From assembly GCA_964019335.1 (NCBI GenBank), contig OZ025740.1, forward strand, positions 124,001-188,000: a stretch of 64,000 nt of DNA, read 5' to 3'. This document shows, one piece after another, positions 42,804 through 54,731 of the stretch. Under the pieces are notes generated by a model. The model had not been told where the DNA came from. It did no database searches and saw nothing but the letters and a program-made list of their open reading frames with translations. The stretch comes from Diplonema japonicum. Lineage: Eukaryota; Protista; Euglenozoa: Diplonemea. Position 1 is the stretch's first letter, and the number at the start of each line of letters is the position of its first letter. The position numbers were made by a program, and so were the translations under genes.

Positions 42804-44555
42804 TTATCTCAGTACAGAACAAGAAACACCCATGGAGATGGCCTCCCTCAGAGACGCAACAGCAAATCGAACAGATTGTGGTGCTTCCACCCCTTCCTTC
42901 TCCTGTGCATCAAGGATCTCAACCGCCTCATCCCCTTCCCCTATCAAGTACTTCAAACAAGCTGTATTATAAGGACCCCACACATCATCAGACACATGGT
43001 ACAGCCACTCACCTTCATGGTTGCCACTAGCTGCTTGCACAGAACATTCAGTCACCTCAAACACACGAAGTGGTGCCTCCCTGCCCCTCACAGTAACATC
43101 GACAGGGAGAAGCCTCATGTCATACAAAAACGCCAGCTCCCTCTGAACAGAGCCATCACAGGTCACCTTGTGCCCCTCGTGCCGACCGAACCTCTCCAGC
43201 AGCGACGCCGTCACAGCCACCTGACCCATGATCGCGAACACCTTCAGCTCGTTGTTCCCAACAGGGCCACAGTGTGCACTCCCGCTGCACAGACCAGAAG
43301 ACACAGCCAACTCTTTGTTGTTCTTTCCCATCTCCATGAGGGAGTCAGCCGCCCTCCGAGCATGACCCACACACCGCTTCGCAGCATTGAACGAGGAGTG
43401 AACATGGTCCCCAACAACGACACCCACAACACCACCGTGTTTCCTGACTGAGAGCAGGACGGCTGTCATGAAACTGTCGTAAGTGTGACTCAGAAAAATG
43501 GAAGGGCTGTCCTCCAATGCCTTCTGCGACCCAAGCATGTTTGTCACAGTGCTTGTCACCAGCTTCCTGTAATTCTCAATCAGTGGAGACCGCACTTCCT
43601 CGAAGCTACCATTGTTCATGAAATCTCTCTCTTTTCTGTAGTTTGAGGGGGAACCGCTGCTCATCCGCCCGTTGCTGCCAATACTGGAATGGGTAAGACT
43701 ACCGGCGCTTTCTTCCTTGTCGTTGAAATCCTCACGGAGAGTCTCAAAACAGGACTGAGGGAGGTAAGGACGGTAGGTGTGGAGGTTTGCAAGGATGCTG
43801 TCGAACGCTGTCTGCAAGGGGGGAGGGAGGGGGGAGTCAGTGAGGGCTGTCTCCGCTCCCTCCAAGTCGAAACGGGAAAGACACTCTGCAATCCACTCAG
43901 AGGCGGTGATCACGTTCTGCATGGACTTCCGTTCCTTTTGAAGGTCCGAAGCAAAGCCACGCGTGAAGTAGAAGTCAAGAAGGAAGATCGTAATTGGGCC
44001 AGTACAACTGAATAAGGCTTTCCCAAACTGGGCAGCGCAGGGAATATTGTCACAGTCACACATCTTTGTTCTCTCCTCCTGGCTTGGGAGGAGCCCATAG
44101 CCGACGTCGAAGAGGCCGAAGCGGAGCCACGATTCAATTGCGGTGATGACGAGCCAGATGCTGACCATTGCGATGAGGGTCTTGTTCACACGGACAGGGA
44201 GGCTGCACATCAAGGAAATGTCCACTAAAATCACGAAAGGCGGCCACGTGCGACCATCATTTCTTACTGCATTCTGCCAGTCCCCGTAAAGCACAGACAC
44301 TGAACACGAGTACAGCATGAACTCCACCACTCCTTTTCTTATCCTCCTCTCGACAAGCAGCTGCACAAGCAACACAAGACCACCAATAATACAGGGTTCG
44401 AAAGGTGGAACAAACAAGAAATACTCTGGCTCGACAAAACCCCAGACCGTAAAGAGAACTATAGCAACCACGCAAGAGGTCAAGAGAAGCTTCTTTCTGA
44501 ACACAGTCAGCTGGTCATCTTCGGGCAGTAGCAGTCGGCGCAGAACACATTGCAT
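42804..44555 (-). CDS. Multi-TM class III nucleotide-cyclase-like protein, copy 1
   Basis: N-terminal TM helices, YRPYLP linker, degenerate cyclase domain (VTNMLGS; HGG....VGD; CGPVG..F.IMG). Confidence 0.82.
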   Translation of the reverse strand: MQCVLRRLLLPEDDQLTVFRKKLLLTSCVVAIVLFTVWGFVEPEYFLFVPPFEPCIIGGLVLLVQLLVERRIRKGVVEFMLYSCSVSVLYGDWQNAVRNDGRTWPPFVILVDISLMCSLPVRVNKTLIAMVSIWLVITAIESWLRFGLFDVGYGLLPSQEERTKMCDCDNIPCAAQFGKALFSCTGPITIFLLDFYFTRGFASDLQKERKSMQNVITASEWIAECLSRFDLEGAETALTDSPLPPPLQTAFDSILANLHTYRPYLPQSCFETLREDFNDKEESAGSLTHSSIGSNGRMSSGSPSNYRKERDFMNNGSFEEVRSPLIENYRKLVTSTVTNMLGSQKALEDSPSIFLSHTYDSFMTAVLLSVRKHGGVVGVVVGDHVHSSFNAAKRCVGHARRAADSLMEMGKNNKELAVSSGLCSGSAHCGPVGNNELKVFAIMGQVAVTASLLERFGRHEGHKVTCDGSVQRELAFLYDMRLLPVDVTVRGREAPLRVFEVTECSVQAASGNHEGEWLYHVSDDVWGPYNTACLKYLIGEGDEAVEILDAQEKEGVEAPQSVRFAVASLREAISMGVSCSVLR

Positions 44556-45626
44556 GTCCCCCCCCTCTTTCTTTTTGCTGTAGCAACTGTTGTCTTCGCT
44601 AAAAAGAGCATTTTAGGAACACGTGGGTAGACCTGAAACGAGCACCTTGAAGGGTAGTTGAATTTAGTAGCGAAACCGGAGACAGGTGACCCCAGACACC
44701 CTTTGTTTTGAATTCTTTTGTAAATTAAATTAACCGAAAACGAGCGACGCACTAAGATAACCCGGCTATGGGCTCATCTGGGGTGAAATTACACAAAGCT
44801 CACTAGATTAACGAACGACAACTGAATTGTACGGATTGCAACTATGTGCACATACCAAGTGACACAAAATATGGATTGCACGGGCTGGCTTCGTTAAAAG
44901 AAGCAAGAAAGGAAGAAAAGAGGTTCATTGGAAGAAGCTTGACCAGTGAAGTGACAGCTGAAAATGTAAGTCAGCTGTACGTCCCCACAGACGCCAAAAA
45001 AAAGAGAAAAAAAAGAAGAATGACTTTGAATGCCACGGATTCTGTGATTCCCCTGGGCATGAATGGCTTTGGGCGCGTGCCTCGGCTGCGCCATCAGCTT
45101 TTCTATAATTTTTGCCAATCGGTTGGCCCTCTTGGTGAGAGCTGTTGCTGTTTCTTTTGGGTTGCTGCAACCTTCCTCTTCTAGGATGTTTGGCCGGTTG
45201 TGCCTGCCTGTCCGTCATCGGACGCGGTTGTTTCGTGCGGGCTGCAGCTTCCTCCTCATCATATGCCAGGAAGTGCTCGCTCTCCACACGTTGCTCCGAA
45301 CACGTGTATGTACGGGAAGCTACTTTCAACTACCATCACGGCGATCCTCAGTCCGGTTGCCTTTGCTAAGGCCTGCAATACCAGCCAGTCCCCTTACCTT
45401 GGCATCCTCATTCTTGAGATGTAATCATCCCAATCTCCTTCAACGCACCTTGCACATATCGCGTCTGTCTCCAGCTCGTACACTGCCATATCTCTGATAT
45501 GGCGTGCTGCCGTCACGTCTTGGTTCAATACGATACTGCTCTAAAGAGGGAATCCCCTCCCTTTCCGACTGAATGGGCTGCAAAAAGGAAATTAGAAAGA
45601 AGAGTAACTACTGGAAAGTAGTTCGT

Positions 45627-47369
45627 TCACTGCAGAACAGAATAAGAAGCACCCACGGAGATGGCCTCCCTCAGAGACTCAACAGCTAACCGAACAGATT
45701 GTGGTGCTTCCACCCCTACCTTCTCCTGTGCATCAAGGATCTCAACCGCCTCATCCCCTTCCCCCATCAAGTACTTCAAACAAGCTGTATTGTAAGGACC
45801 CCACACATCATCAGACACATGGTACAGCCACTCACCTTCATGGGTGCCACTAGCTTTCACAGAACATTCAGTCACCTCAAACACACGAAGTGGTGCCTCC
45901 CTGCCCCTCACAGTAACATCGACAGGGAGAAGCCTCATGTCATACAAAAACGCCAGCTCCCTCTGAACAGAGCCATCACAGGTCACCTTGTGCCCCTCGT
46001 GCCGACCGAACCTCTCCAGCAGCGACGCCGTCACAGCCACCTGACCCATGATCGCGAACACCTTCAGCTCGTTGTTCCCAACAGGGCCACAGTGTGCACT
46101 CCCGCTGCACAGACCAGAAGACACAGCCAACTCTTTGTTGTTCTTTCCCATCTCCATGAGGGAGTCAGCCGCCTTCCGAGCATGACCCACACACCGCTTC
46201 GCAGCATTGAACGAGGAGTGAACATGGTCCCCAACAACGACACCCACAACACCACCGTGTTTCCTGACTGAGAGCAGGACGGCTGTCATGAAACTGTCGT
46301 AAGTGTGACTCAGAAAAATGGAAGGGCTGTCCTCCAATGCCTTCTGCGACCCAAGCATGTTTGTCACAGTGCTTGTCACCAGCTTCTTGTAATTATCAGG
46401 TATTATGGTCCGCACCTCATCGTTATTCCTTGACTCTCTACCTTTGCTGTCGTGGCTTGAGGGAAGAGTAATGTTGCTCATCCGCCCGTCATTGCTGTTG
46501 GAATGAGTAAGACTGCCATCACAATCATCACTGCCACTGAAATTCTCACGGAACCTCTCAAAACAGGACTGAGGGAGGTAAGGACGGTAGGTGTGGAGGT
46601 TCGCAAGAATGCTGTCGAACGCTGTCTGCAAGGGGGGAGGGAGGGGGGAGTCGGTGAGGGCTGTCTCCGCTCCCTCCAAGTCGAAACGGGAAAGACACTC
46701 TGCAATCCACTCAGAGGCGGTGATCACGTTCTGCATGGACTTCCGTTCCTTTTTAAGTCCAGAAGCAAAGCCACGCGTGAAGTAGAAGTCGAGGAGGAAA
46801 ACTCCCAACGGGAACCCAAATGATTCTATAACCTTCTCTAAACTCTTGGGACATGGCAGTGTGTTGCAGCCGCACGCCATCTCTCTCCTCTCTTCCTGGC
46901 TTGGGAGGAACCCATGGTCGACATCGAAGAGGCCGAAGCGGAGCCACATTTCGATGGATGATATGGTGAGCCAGATGCTGACCATTGCGATGAGGTTCAT
47001 GTTGACACGGACAGGGAGGTCGCACACCAAGGCAATGTCTACCAAAAGTATCAAAGAAGGCCATGCCCGATCCTCCAGCCACACGATTAAACTCCAGTCT
47101 CGGTGGATAAGAAACAACCCTGACAAGTACAGCATCATCTCCACCAATCCGTTTCGTATCTTCCTTTCGACAAGCATCTGCACAAACAAACCTATCCAAA
47201 TCAGGTACGCTATTCCTCGAGATCTAGAGCCCGAGTTGCGAACACGTGAAACATATCCCACAAGGAAGAGGATCATTCCTACCATACATATTGTGAGCAG
47301 TGCCTTCTTCCTGAACACAGTCGGCTGATCGTCATCAGGTAGCAGCACCCTTCTAAAGAAACACGACAT
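45627..47369 (-). CDS. Cyclase-like protein, copy 2
   Basis: Paralogue; C-terminal half near-identical to copy 1. Confidence 0.82.
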   Translation of the reverse strand: MSCFFRRVLLPDDDQPTVFRKKALLTICMVGMILFLVGYVSRVRNSGSRSRGIAYLIWIGLFVQMLVERKIRNGLVEMMLYLSGLFLIHRDWSLIVWLEDRAWPSLILLVDIALVCDLPVRVNMNLIAMVSIWLTISSIEMWLRFGLFDVDHGFLPSQEERREMACGCNTLPCPKSLEKVIESFGFPLGVFLLDFYFTRGFASGLKKERKSMQNVITASEWIAECLSRFDLEGAETALTDSPLPPPLQTAFDSILANLHTYRPYLPQSCFERFRENFSGSDDCDGSLTHSNSNDGRMSNITLPSSHDSKGRESRNNDEVRTIIPDNYKKLVTSTVTNMLGSQKALEDSPSIFLSHTYDSFMTAVLLSVRKHGGVVGVVVGDHVHSSFNAAKRCVGHARKAADSLMEMGKNNKELAVSSGLCSGSAHCGPVGNNELKVFAIMGQVAVTASLLERFGRHEGHKVTCDGSVQRELAFLYDMRLLPVDVTVRGREAPLRVFEVTECSVKASGTHEGEWLYHVSDDVWGPYNTACLKYLMGEGDEAVEILDAQEKVGVEAPQSVRLAVESLREAISVGASYSVLQ

Positions 47370-47773
47370 TGTTAGCCCTGGTTTTTTGTTGTTTGTAAAT
47401 TTGTGTACCCTTTTTAAAAAACTAAGAAAAACATGGAAACACCCATTCGCGCATCTACTGGAAAGCAGGGCTTTAACTCAAAAAAGAAGAAGTAAACGTA
47501 ATTCATAAATAGAACAAGAATCACTCTGGTAGATGGCCTCCCTCGGATTCAACAAATATTACAGATCAGATCGTGGTGTTTCCACCCCTGCCTTCCCTTG
47601 TACCAAGGAACATAATCGCTTGCCCGGTGCATCAAAGCAGGGCCGTCAAACTGCGAAAAAAGACCGTTGCCACCTAGACTGCCAAACATTAGATTAAAGT
47701 AGTTTCTTCGTTTACTGAAGAAGGTGATAATAAACACCCATGAAGAGGCTTCACCACAGCTTTACATTGGTCT

Positions 47774-49516
47774 TCACTGCAGAACAGAACAAGAAGCACC
47801 CATGGAGATGGCCTCCCTCAGAGACTCAACAGCTAACCGAACAGATTGTGGTGCTTCCACCCCTACCTTCTCCTGTGCATCAAGGATCTCAACCGCCTCA
47901 TCCCCTTCCCCTATCAAGTACTTCAAACAAGCTGTATTGTAAAGACACCACACATCATCAGACACATGGTACAGCCACTCACCTTCATGGGTGCCACTAG
48001 CTTTCACAGAACATTCAGTCACCTCAAACACACGAAGTGGTGCCGCCCTGCCCCTCACAGCAACATCGACAGGGAGAAGCCTCATGTCGTACAAGAACGC
48101 CAGCTCCCTCTGAACAGAGCCATCACAGGTCACCTTGTGCCCCTCGTGCCGACCGAACCTCTCCAGCAGCGACGCCGTCACAGCCACCTGACCCATGATC
48201 GCGAACACCTTCAGTTCGTTGTTCCCAACAGGGCCACAGTGTGCACTCCCGCTGCACAGACCAGAAGACACAGCCACAGCCAGCCCCTCCTTGTTCTTTC
48301 CCATCTCCATGAGGGAGTCAGCCGCCTTCCGAGCATGACCCACACACCGCTTCGCAGCATTGAACGAGGAGTGAACATGGTCCCCAACAACGACACCCAC
48401 AACACCACCGTGTTTCCTGACTGAGAGCAGGACGGCTGTCATGAAACTGTCGTAAGTGTGACACACAAAGATGGAAGGATTGTCCTCCAATGCCTTCTGC
48501 GACCCAAGCATGTTTGTCACAGTGCTTGTCACCAGCTTCTTGTAATTATCAGGTATTATGGTCCGCAACATCTCATCGTTATTCTTTGACTCTCTACCTT
48601 TGCTGTCGTGGCTAGAGGGAATGCTCATCTGCCCGTCGCTGCGGGTGAAATGGGTATGGCTGTCACTACAATCATCGCTGACTCCGAAATCCTCACGGAA
48701 CCTCTCAAAACAGGACTGAGGGAGGTAAGGACGGTAGGTGTGAAGGTTTGCAAGGATGCTGTCGAACGCTGTCTGCAAGGGGGGAGGGAGGGGGGAGTCA
48801 GTGAGGGCTGTCTCCGCTCCCTCCAAGTCGAAACGGGAAAGGCACTCTGCAATCCACTCAGAGGCGGTGATCACGTTCTGCATGGACTCCCGTTCCGTTT
48901 CAAGTCCAGAAGAAAAACCACGCGTGAAGTAGAAATCGAGGAGGAAGACAGAAATCGGTGCAACGAATGTGATGAGAACGCTCGTGAACCCCCTGGGGCA
49001 CGGTGGTGTGTTGCAGTCACACACCTTTCCCATAGTTGATTGATGTGCGAGGAGGAAATAATCAACATCTATAAGGCCGAAACGGAGCCAGATTTCGACG
49101 GAAGAGATGGCAAGCCAGATGCTGACCATTGCGATGATGTTCTTGCTGACACGGACAGGGAGGTCGCACACCAAGGCAATGTCCACTAAAATCACGAAAG
49201 AAGACCATGCCCGCTCCATGGACCACTTGACGTAGCTCCAGTCCCTGTGAAGAATTGAAATCCCGGACAAGTACAGCATGCACTCCACTGCCCCTTTTCT
49301 TATCTTCTTCTCAACAAGCATTTGCACAAGAACAACCAACCAAGAGAAGAACCCCAATTCTCGAATCGCGAAGGACACGAAGTCCTCAGGTGACAACGTC
49401 AGTGCAAACACATACAACACAACAGCAATGCAGGCCAACACGACCAGCACCTTCTTCCTGAATATAGTTGGCTGATCGTCATCAGGTAGCAGCACATGTC
49501 TTAAGATACACGACAT
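47774..49516 (-). CDS. Cyclase-like protein, copy 3
   Basis: Paralogue, 580 aa. Confidence 0.82.
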   Translation of the reverse strand: MSCILRHVLLPDDDQPTIFRKKVLVVLACIAVVLYVFALTLSPEDFVSFAIRELGFFSWLVVLVQMLVEKKIRKGAVECMLYLSGISILHRDWSYVKWSMERAWSSFVILVDIALVCDLPVRVSKNIIAMVSIWLAISSVEIWLRFGLIDVDYFLLAHQSTMGKVCDCNTPPCPRGFTSVLITFVAPISVFLLDFYFTRGFSSGLETERESMQNVITASEWIAECLSRFDLEGAETALTDSPLPPPLQTAFDSILANLHTYRPYLPQSCFERFREDFGVSDDCSDSHTHFTRSDGQMSIPSSHDSKGRESKNNDEMLRTIIPDNYKKLVTSTVTNMLGSQKALEDNPSIFVCHTYDSFMTAVLLSVRKHGGVVGVVVGDHVHSSFNAAKRCVGHARKAADSLMEMGKNKEGLAVAVSSGLCSGSAHCGPVGNNELKVFAIMGQVAVTASLLERFGRHEGHKVTCDGSVQRELAFLYDMRLLPVDVAVRGRAAPLRVFEVTECSVKASGTHEGEWLYHVSDDVWCLYNTACLKYLIGEGDEAVEILDAQEKVGVEAPQSVRLAVESLREAISMGASCSVLQ

Positions 49517-50095
49517 ATTTCTCCTTTTTTTACCCCCACCTTCTTTGTATGAGTCTGTCCGGAAAGAAACTTCAACAAAAATGGCCCTCTTCCCTACACT
49601 TTGGACGAAACCTCCCTCCAGCTGTTGCCGTTGGGGTTAAAAACAAAAACGAAGCCCGTGCCGACTGCTAGGTGTCACCCTTGAGCACCTACTTCGTTCT
49701 GTTCAGAATGTTAGGTACCCGACGTATTTTGAGGGAACAGCCTCGTACTGTTACAACTGAACAACGCAGCATCAAATATGAAAAACACTCATTGTTGCAA
49801 CTACTGGAAAGTAGAGCTAAAATACATCGGATCGGTAAAAGTGTTAGTGGTGGAAAGGTGGAGGTTTTCGTGTGTCGCGAAGTAAAAGAATATAGTCCGA
49901 GTAGGTGGTTCCCAGTCTGCGTTGTTGGTCCCCTTCTATTCCGCAGTATGTGAGCGCGTGTATGTTGTGCCATGCCTCGACCACCATGTCTTTGTCAGTG
50001 GGTTGATCTGCATCCCTTGGGTGTCCTCCTTCACGGGCGGGTCGGGAATTATTTGGGAAGTTTAGAGCGGAGAAAAAAAAAAAAGAGGCATTTAA

Positions 50096-50144
50096 GTACG
50101 TCCACCTTTAAAAAAAGAAATAGAGTTTTTTAAGGTGGACGTAC
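50096..50144. repeat. Isolated ~19-bp inverted repeat
   Basis: gtacgtccacctttaaaaaa / ttttttaaggtggacgtac. Confidence 0.75.
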
Positions 50145-51018
50145 ATCGGTTATAGGCCGTCAATTCCTATAAAGTACAAATCATTACGCACCCCCTCTTT
50201 TCACAGCATCTTTTTCTTTTCCTTTCCGGTTTATCCGGCTACGATTTGCTGCAGCCCTTCCCTCCCCCTTGTGCTCGGTTCTTCCTTACAAGGGCCTTCC
50301 TTGTCACACCTCCGTGTTGTGACATTCCTCGCGCTCCGGTTTGGTTCGGGCTACAGACCTTCCTTGCTTTGCTGTTCTTCTCTTTTCGGTGAGAAGGGTT
50401 ATGCTAATTTTCCATAAGATAAAAATAAATGAATAGAAAGATGCTACTTTTTCCTCCGATAAATTGCAAGGCACTATTTTTCGTTCCTAGGTTTTGACCC
50501 TCCTCCCCGGCTATCAGGAAACCAAGAAATAATAAATACTGCATACGAAAACAGAGAGTCGAATAAAAAAGGAAAAAGGTGACTGACATCCTCAAGAGGA
50601 GCCTCCCACGTACCAGGAATTAAGCAGAGGTTGCTTCCATGGCCCAAATGGCAAAGAATAATGAAAATAACGGAACGAAGTGAAAAAGGAAAAGAGAAAA
50701 GACGGCCTGGTCGCCAGGAAGTGCTGGTTCAGACGCGTCGGCGGACGCAGTTTAACGTCATACCCGGGACCGAAAACATGTAGGAAAAGGAAAAAGCAGA
50801 AAGGGTAATAACAAGCTTAAAATTGGAAAGAAAATGGAAAGGGTGGAAACTAAATAAATAATAGGGTGCGAGGTCGTGAAACCTTGCATAGCCTATCGCC
50901 CTCGTAGCACGCCGGGCCGGCACTCCTACATTGTGTAGGGTTGTTTCCGATTGTTCCTAGTTGTAGGAATGCAGGACAGTCGACCACTGCGATTCGTTGT
51001 AATAGAGGGTCCCGGCCC

Positions 51019-52170
51019 CTACAAAGTCAGCCCGGATGCGTGCTTCCATCCACCTTGGGCGAAGAACTCCGACCACCACTGTTGCTGCACCGGGGTGTTC
51101 AGTCCCGAGTGCCACTCGTCGTAGCCGGAGACGCTCGGACTCGCAACGGGCGCCTCCAGGGTCAGTGTTTGGACGCCGACCGCCGGTTGGAGTGTCGCGT
51201 GTCCCATGCCAGACGGCATCGGTGTGTCAATCCCGTGCCCGGTGCAGACCGCGAGCTCAGTGGGTGCCACGCTCGTTGATGGCGGCTGGTACGGTGTCAA
51301 CTGCGGCCCAGCATTCGTCCGTCTCAACAGAGTCGCGCGGGTGTAGAGGCTGCAAGCGATCGCGGTTCTATAAGGAGGGTGCGGTCATCCGGGGTGTTGA
51401 CAGCACCCTCAGCCGTTTCTGGATTCGAGTAGCTTGCCTGCGGTGCCGCCGGGGTGACGACCGGCTCTAACTCGCGGCGCTCTGCCTCAGGGTCAAGAAC
51501 ACGTGTAATGTGTTTCCTGCCCGGGGCTGTCTCGGCCCACGTCTTGTCTGTGATGCAGAGGATGCTGTGCTCGCGGTAGGTCGTGCAAAGCTGTTGGACA
51601 CGCTGGGTCCTTAACTTTTTGTCGGTGTCTTTAACGACGTACCGTCCGTTTGTAAGGAGAGCGATAATCCAGTGGCCGCTGCGACTGCGTTTCAGGGGAC
51701 CGATTATCAGACAAGGGGCTTTCATTTCGCCCGCTCTGAAAGTTACCAGTTTGCTCCGACTACCATGAGGCAGGCGCGTGACATGGTTGAGCGGGAGAAG
51801 TTGCCAAGAGGATCGGGCGCTTCTGCATTGTCGGAAGGGTTGACGCTTCGTGCGAAGCCGTGGTACATCTTCTGGATCTCTTGCATTGTAGAGAAGGGGA
51901 TGCGACGGCCCCGGCATACTCTGCCAACCAGTTTATGACGGCCCAACCGCATTCCAGGCCCCAACGACCCTCCCCACTTTTGTTGTGCAGGTTGATGGGG
52001 GGCGCAAACACCTGATCCGCGGCATCGGATGGTGAGACCACGGAGGCTGCTCGGGGTAGTGTCGGTCCAGCTAGACCTGAAGAGCTATCCGAGGAGTTGC
52101 CTGAGGAACCACCCAAGGGCTTGCCTTCATGATTCCCCGTTCGGCTATCCGGCAGTCCATTTGTCAACAT
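51019..52170 (-). pseudogene. Frameshifted Josephin-like cysteine-protease ORF, possibly a retroelement relic
   Basis: Three frames in order: LECGWAVINWL, PLGNFSRSTMSRA, GHWIIALLTNGRYVVKDT. Pro/Thr/Ala-rich tail. Confidence 0.45.
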
Positions 52171-52397
52171 AATTAGAAAAGGTATAAAAACACAAGTGGG
52201 TGAAAGTTATAACAAAAGAGGTTTCATGTTCACTAAAAAGAGGAGAATTTGGATCTTTGGTGGGAGGGATAAAATGGGTAGCTTGCTCCTGCATGCCCAA
52301 AATAGAATCGCTCGCTTTAGGAGGTGCCGCTACTCTCCTGGCTTTTACACCCTGCTGCCTATGAAAAGAATCGCCCCCCCCCCCCCCCCCCCCCTTT

Positions 52398-52577
52398 ATT
52401 AAGGGTGCCTGCAGTATGTGGCATCGTCTACTTGATTACAGGGCGCGCCTCGGCCTAGCTGCTTCTTCTGCGTTCCGCGTGTCTTAATGCGTGCGGTGTG
52501 CAACTCAACCCAGCCAGGGCGCCCCTGATAACCAAGATTCGGCGCTCGTGCAGTTTGCTGCCTGTTCGTCACCCTGA
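52398..52577 (-). repeat. Family A copy lacking its 5' half
   Basis: Matches 42160-42350 and 58908-59064. Confidence 0.8.
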
Positions 52578-52705
52578 AAAAAGTGATTTAGAAAAAGAAA
52601 ACCGCTAGACTGCCAAACATTCTTTCTGAACCGTTGGCCTACCTCCGTTGGCCTGCCAAACATTCTTTCTGAACCGTTGGCCTACCTACTGAAAAGTAGT
52701 TTCTT

Positions 52706-54475
52706 TTACAGAAGAAAGCGACAAGAAGCACCCATGGAGATGGCCTCCCTCAGAGACTCAACAGCTAACCGAACAGATTGTGGTGCTTCCACCCCTACCT
52801 TCTCCTGTGCATCAAGGATCTCAACCGCCTCATCCCCTTCCCCTATCAAGTACTTCAAACAAGCTGTATTGTAAAGACTCCACACATCATCAGACACATG
52901 GTACAGCCACTCACCTTCATGGTTGCCTTTAGCTGCTTGCACAGAACATTCAGTCACCTCAAACACACGAAGTGGTGCCTCCCTGCCCCTCACAGCAACA
53001 TCGACAGGGAGAAGCCTCATGTCGTACAAAAACGCCAGTTCCCTCTGAACAGAGCCATCACAGGTCACCTTGTGCCCCTCGTGCCGACCGAACCTCTCCA
53101 GCAGCGACGCCGTCACAGCCACCTGACCCATGATCGCGAACACCTTCAGCTCATTGTTCCCAACAGGGCCACAGTGTGCACTCCCGCTGCACAGACCAGA
53201 AGACACAGCCAACTCTTTGTTGTTCTTTCCCATCTCCATGAGGGAGTCAGCCGCCCTCCGAGCATGACCCACACACCGCTTCGCAGCATTGAACGAGGAG
53301 TGAACATGGTCCCCAACAACGACACCCACAACACCACCGTGTTTCCTGACTGAGAGCAGGACGGCTGTCATGAAACTGTCGTAAGTGTGACACACAAAGA
53401 TGGAAGGGCTGTCCTCCAATGCCTTCTGCGACCCAAGCATGTTTGTCACAGTGCTTGTCACCAGCTTCTTGTAATTATCAATCGTTGGAGACCGCATTAC
53501 CTCAAATTTATCCTTGGGGTTATCAGTGCTGTTCATGGGATCTCTCTCTTTTCTGTAGTTTGAGGGAAGAGTCTCGTTGCTCATCGCCCTGTCGCTATCG
53601 GTGCTAGAAAGGGTAAGACTACCGGCACTTTCTTCTGTGACTCTGAAATCCTCACGGAACCTCTCAAAACAGGACTGAGGGAGGTAAGGACGGTAGGTGT
53701 GGAGGTTTGCAAGGATGCTGTCGAACGCTGTCTGCAAGGGGGGAGGGAGGGGGGAGTCAGTGAGGGCTGTCTTAGCTCCCTCCAAGTCGAAACGGGAAAG
53801 GCACTCTGCAATCCACTCAGAGGCGGTGATCACGTTCTGCATGGACTTCCGTTCCTTTTCAAGTCCAGAAGCAAAGCCACGCGTGAAGTAGAAGTCGAGG
53901 AGGAAAACCAAAACCGGTCCAAGGAATGTGGTGAAAATGCTCTCGAACCCCCTGGGGCACGGTGGTGTGTCGCAGTCACACACCTTACCTATCGCTTCTT
54001 GGCTTGGGAGGAGGAAATAATCAATATCTAAAAGACCGAAACGGAGCCAAATTTCGATGGAAATGATGATGAGCCAGATGCTGACCATTGCGATGAGGTT
54101 CATGTTGACACGGACAGGGAGGTCGCACACCAAGGCAATGTCTACCAAAAGTATCAAAGAAGGCCATGCGCGCTCCATGGACCACTTGACGTAGCTCCAG
54201 TCCCTGTGAAGAATTGAAATCCCGGACAAGTACAGCATGCACTCCACTGCCCCTTTTCTTATCTTCTTCTCAACAAGCATTTGCACAAGAACAACCAACC
54301 AAGAGAAGAACCCCAATTCTCGAATCGCGAAGGACACGAAATTCTCAGGTGTCGCCGACAGTGCTAATATATACACCGACACAGCGACGCAGGCCAACAC
54401 TACCAGCACCTTCTTCCTGAACACAGTTGGCTGATCGTCATCAGGTAGCAGCACATGTCTTAAGATACACGACAT
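52706..54475 (-). CDS. Cyclase-like protein, copy 4
   Basis: Start MSCILRHV, set by paralogy. Confidence 0.82.
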   Translation of the reverse strand: MSCILRHVLLPDDDQPTVFRKKVLVVLACVAVSVYILALSATPENFVSFAIRELGFFSWLVVLVQMLVEKKIRKGAVECMLYLSGISILHRDWSYVKWSMERAWPSLILLVDIALVCDLPVRVNMNLIAMVSIWLIIISIEIWLRFGLLDIDYFLLPSQEAIGKVCDCDTPPCPRGFESIFTTFLGPVLVFLLDFYFTRGFASGLEKERKSMQNVITASEWIAECLSRFDLEGAKTALTDSPLPPPLQTAFDSILANLHTYRPYLPQSCFERFREDFRVTEESAGSLTLSSTDSDRAMSNETLPSNYRKERDPMNSTDNPKDKFEVMRSPTIDNYKKLVTSTVTNMLGSQKALEDSPSIFVCHTYDSFMTAVLLSVRKHGGVVGVVVGDHVHSSFNAAKRCVGHARRAADSLMEMGKNNKELAVSSGLCSGSAHCGPVGNNELKVFAIMGQVAVTASLLERFGRHEGHKVTCDGSVQRELAFLYDMRLLPVDVAVRGREAPLRVFEVTECSVQAAKGNHEGEWLYHVSDDVWSLYNTACLKYLIGEGDEAVEILDAQEKVGVEAPQSVRLAVESLREAISMGASCRFLL

Positions 54476-54731
54476 TGTTCCCCTTTTGTTGCCCCACTTT
54501 TCTTTTTTTGGTTTTGGCATCTTTTTTCAACCGAAAAAATGCAGAATTCGTAAATGAAATCACTCATTGTACTGGAAAGTAGAGCTTAAACATTTGTTGA
54601 GGAGAAGATGCTTTGCTTCACCACAACATTGGATTGGTCTTCATTAGAAAGAGGGAATCCCCTCCCTTTCCGACTGAATGGGCTGCTAAAAGGAAATTAG
54701 AAAGAAGAGTAACTACTGGAAGGTAGTTCGT

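Noticed and set aside
44600-45545. Coding-like island between cyclase copies 1 and 2
   Set aside because: Stops in the - frames and no recognisable motif; it shares only a ~30-bp piece with 42108-42140. Left unassigned.
47510-47600. Additional cyclase gene
   Set aside because: Only a short, decayed relic of a cyclase 3' end.
51868-51919. GTATGC as an intron repairing the Josephin-like ORF
   Set aside because: None of the nearby AG acceptors gives the required frame.
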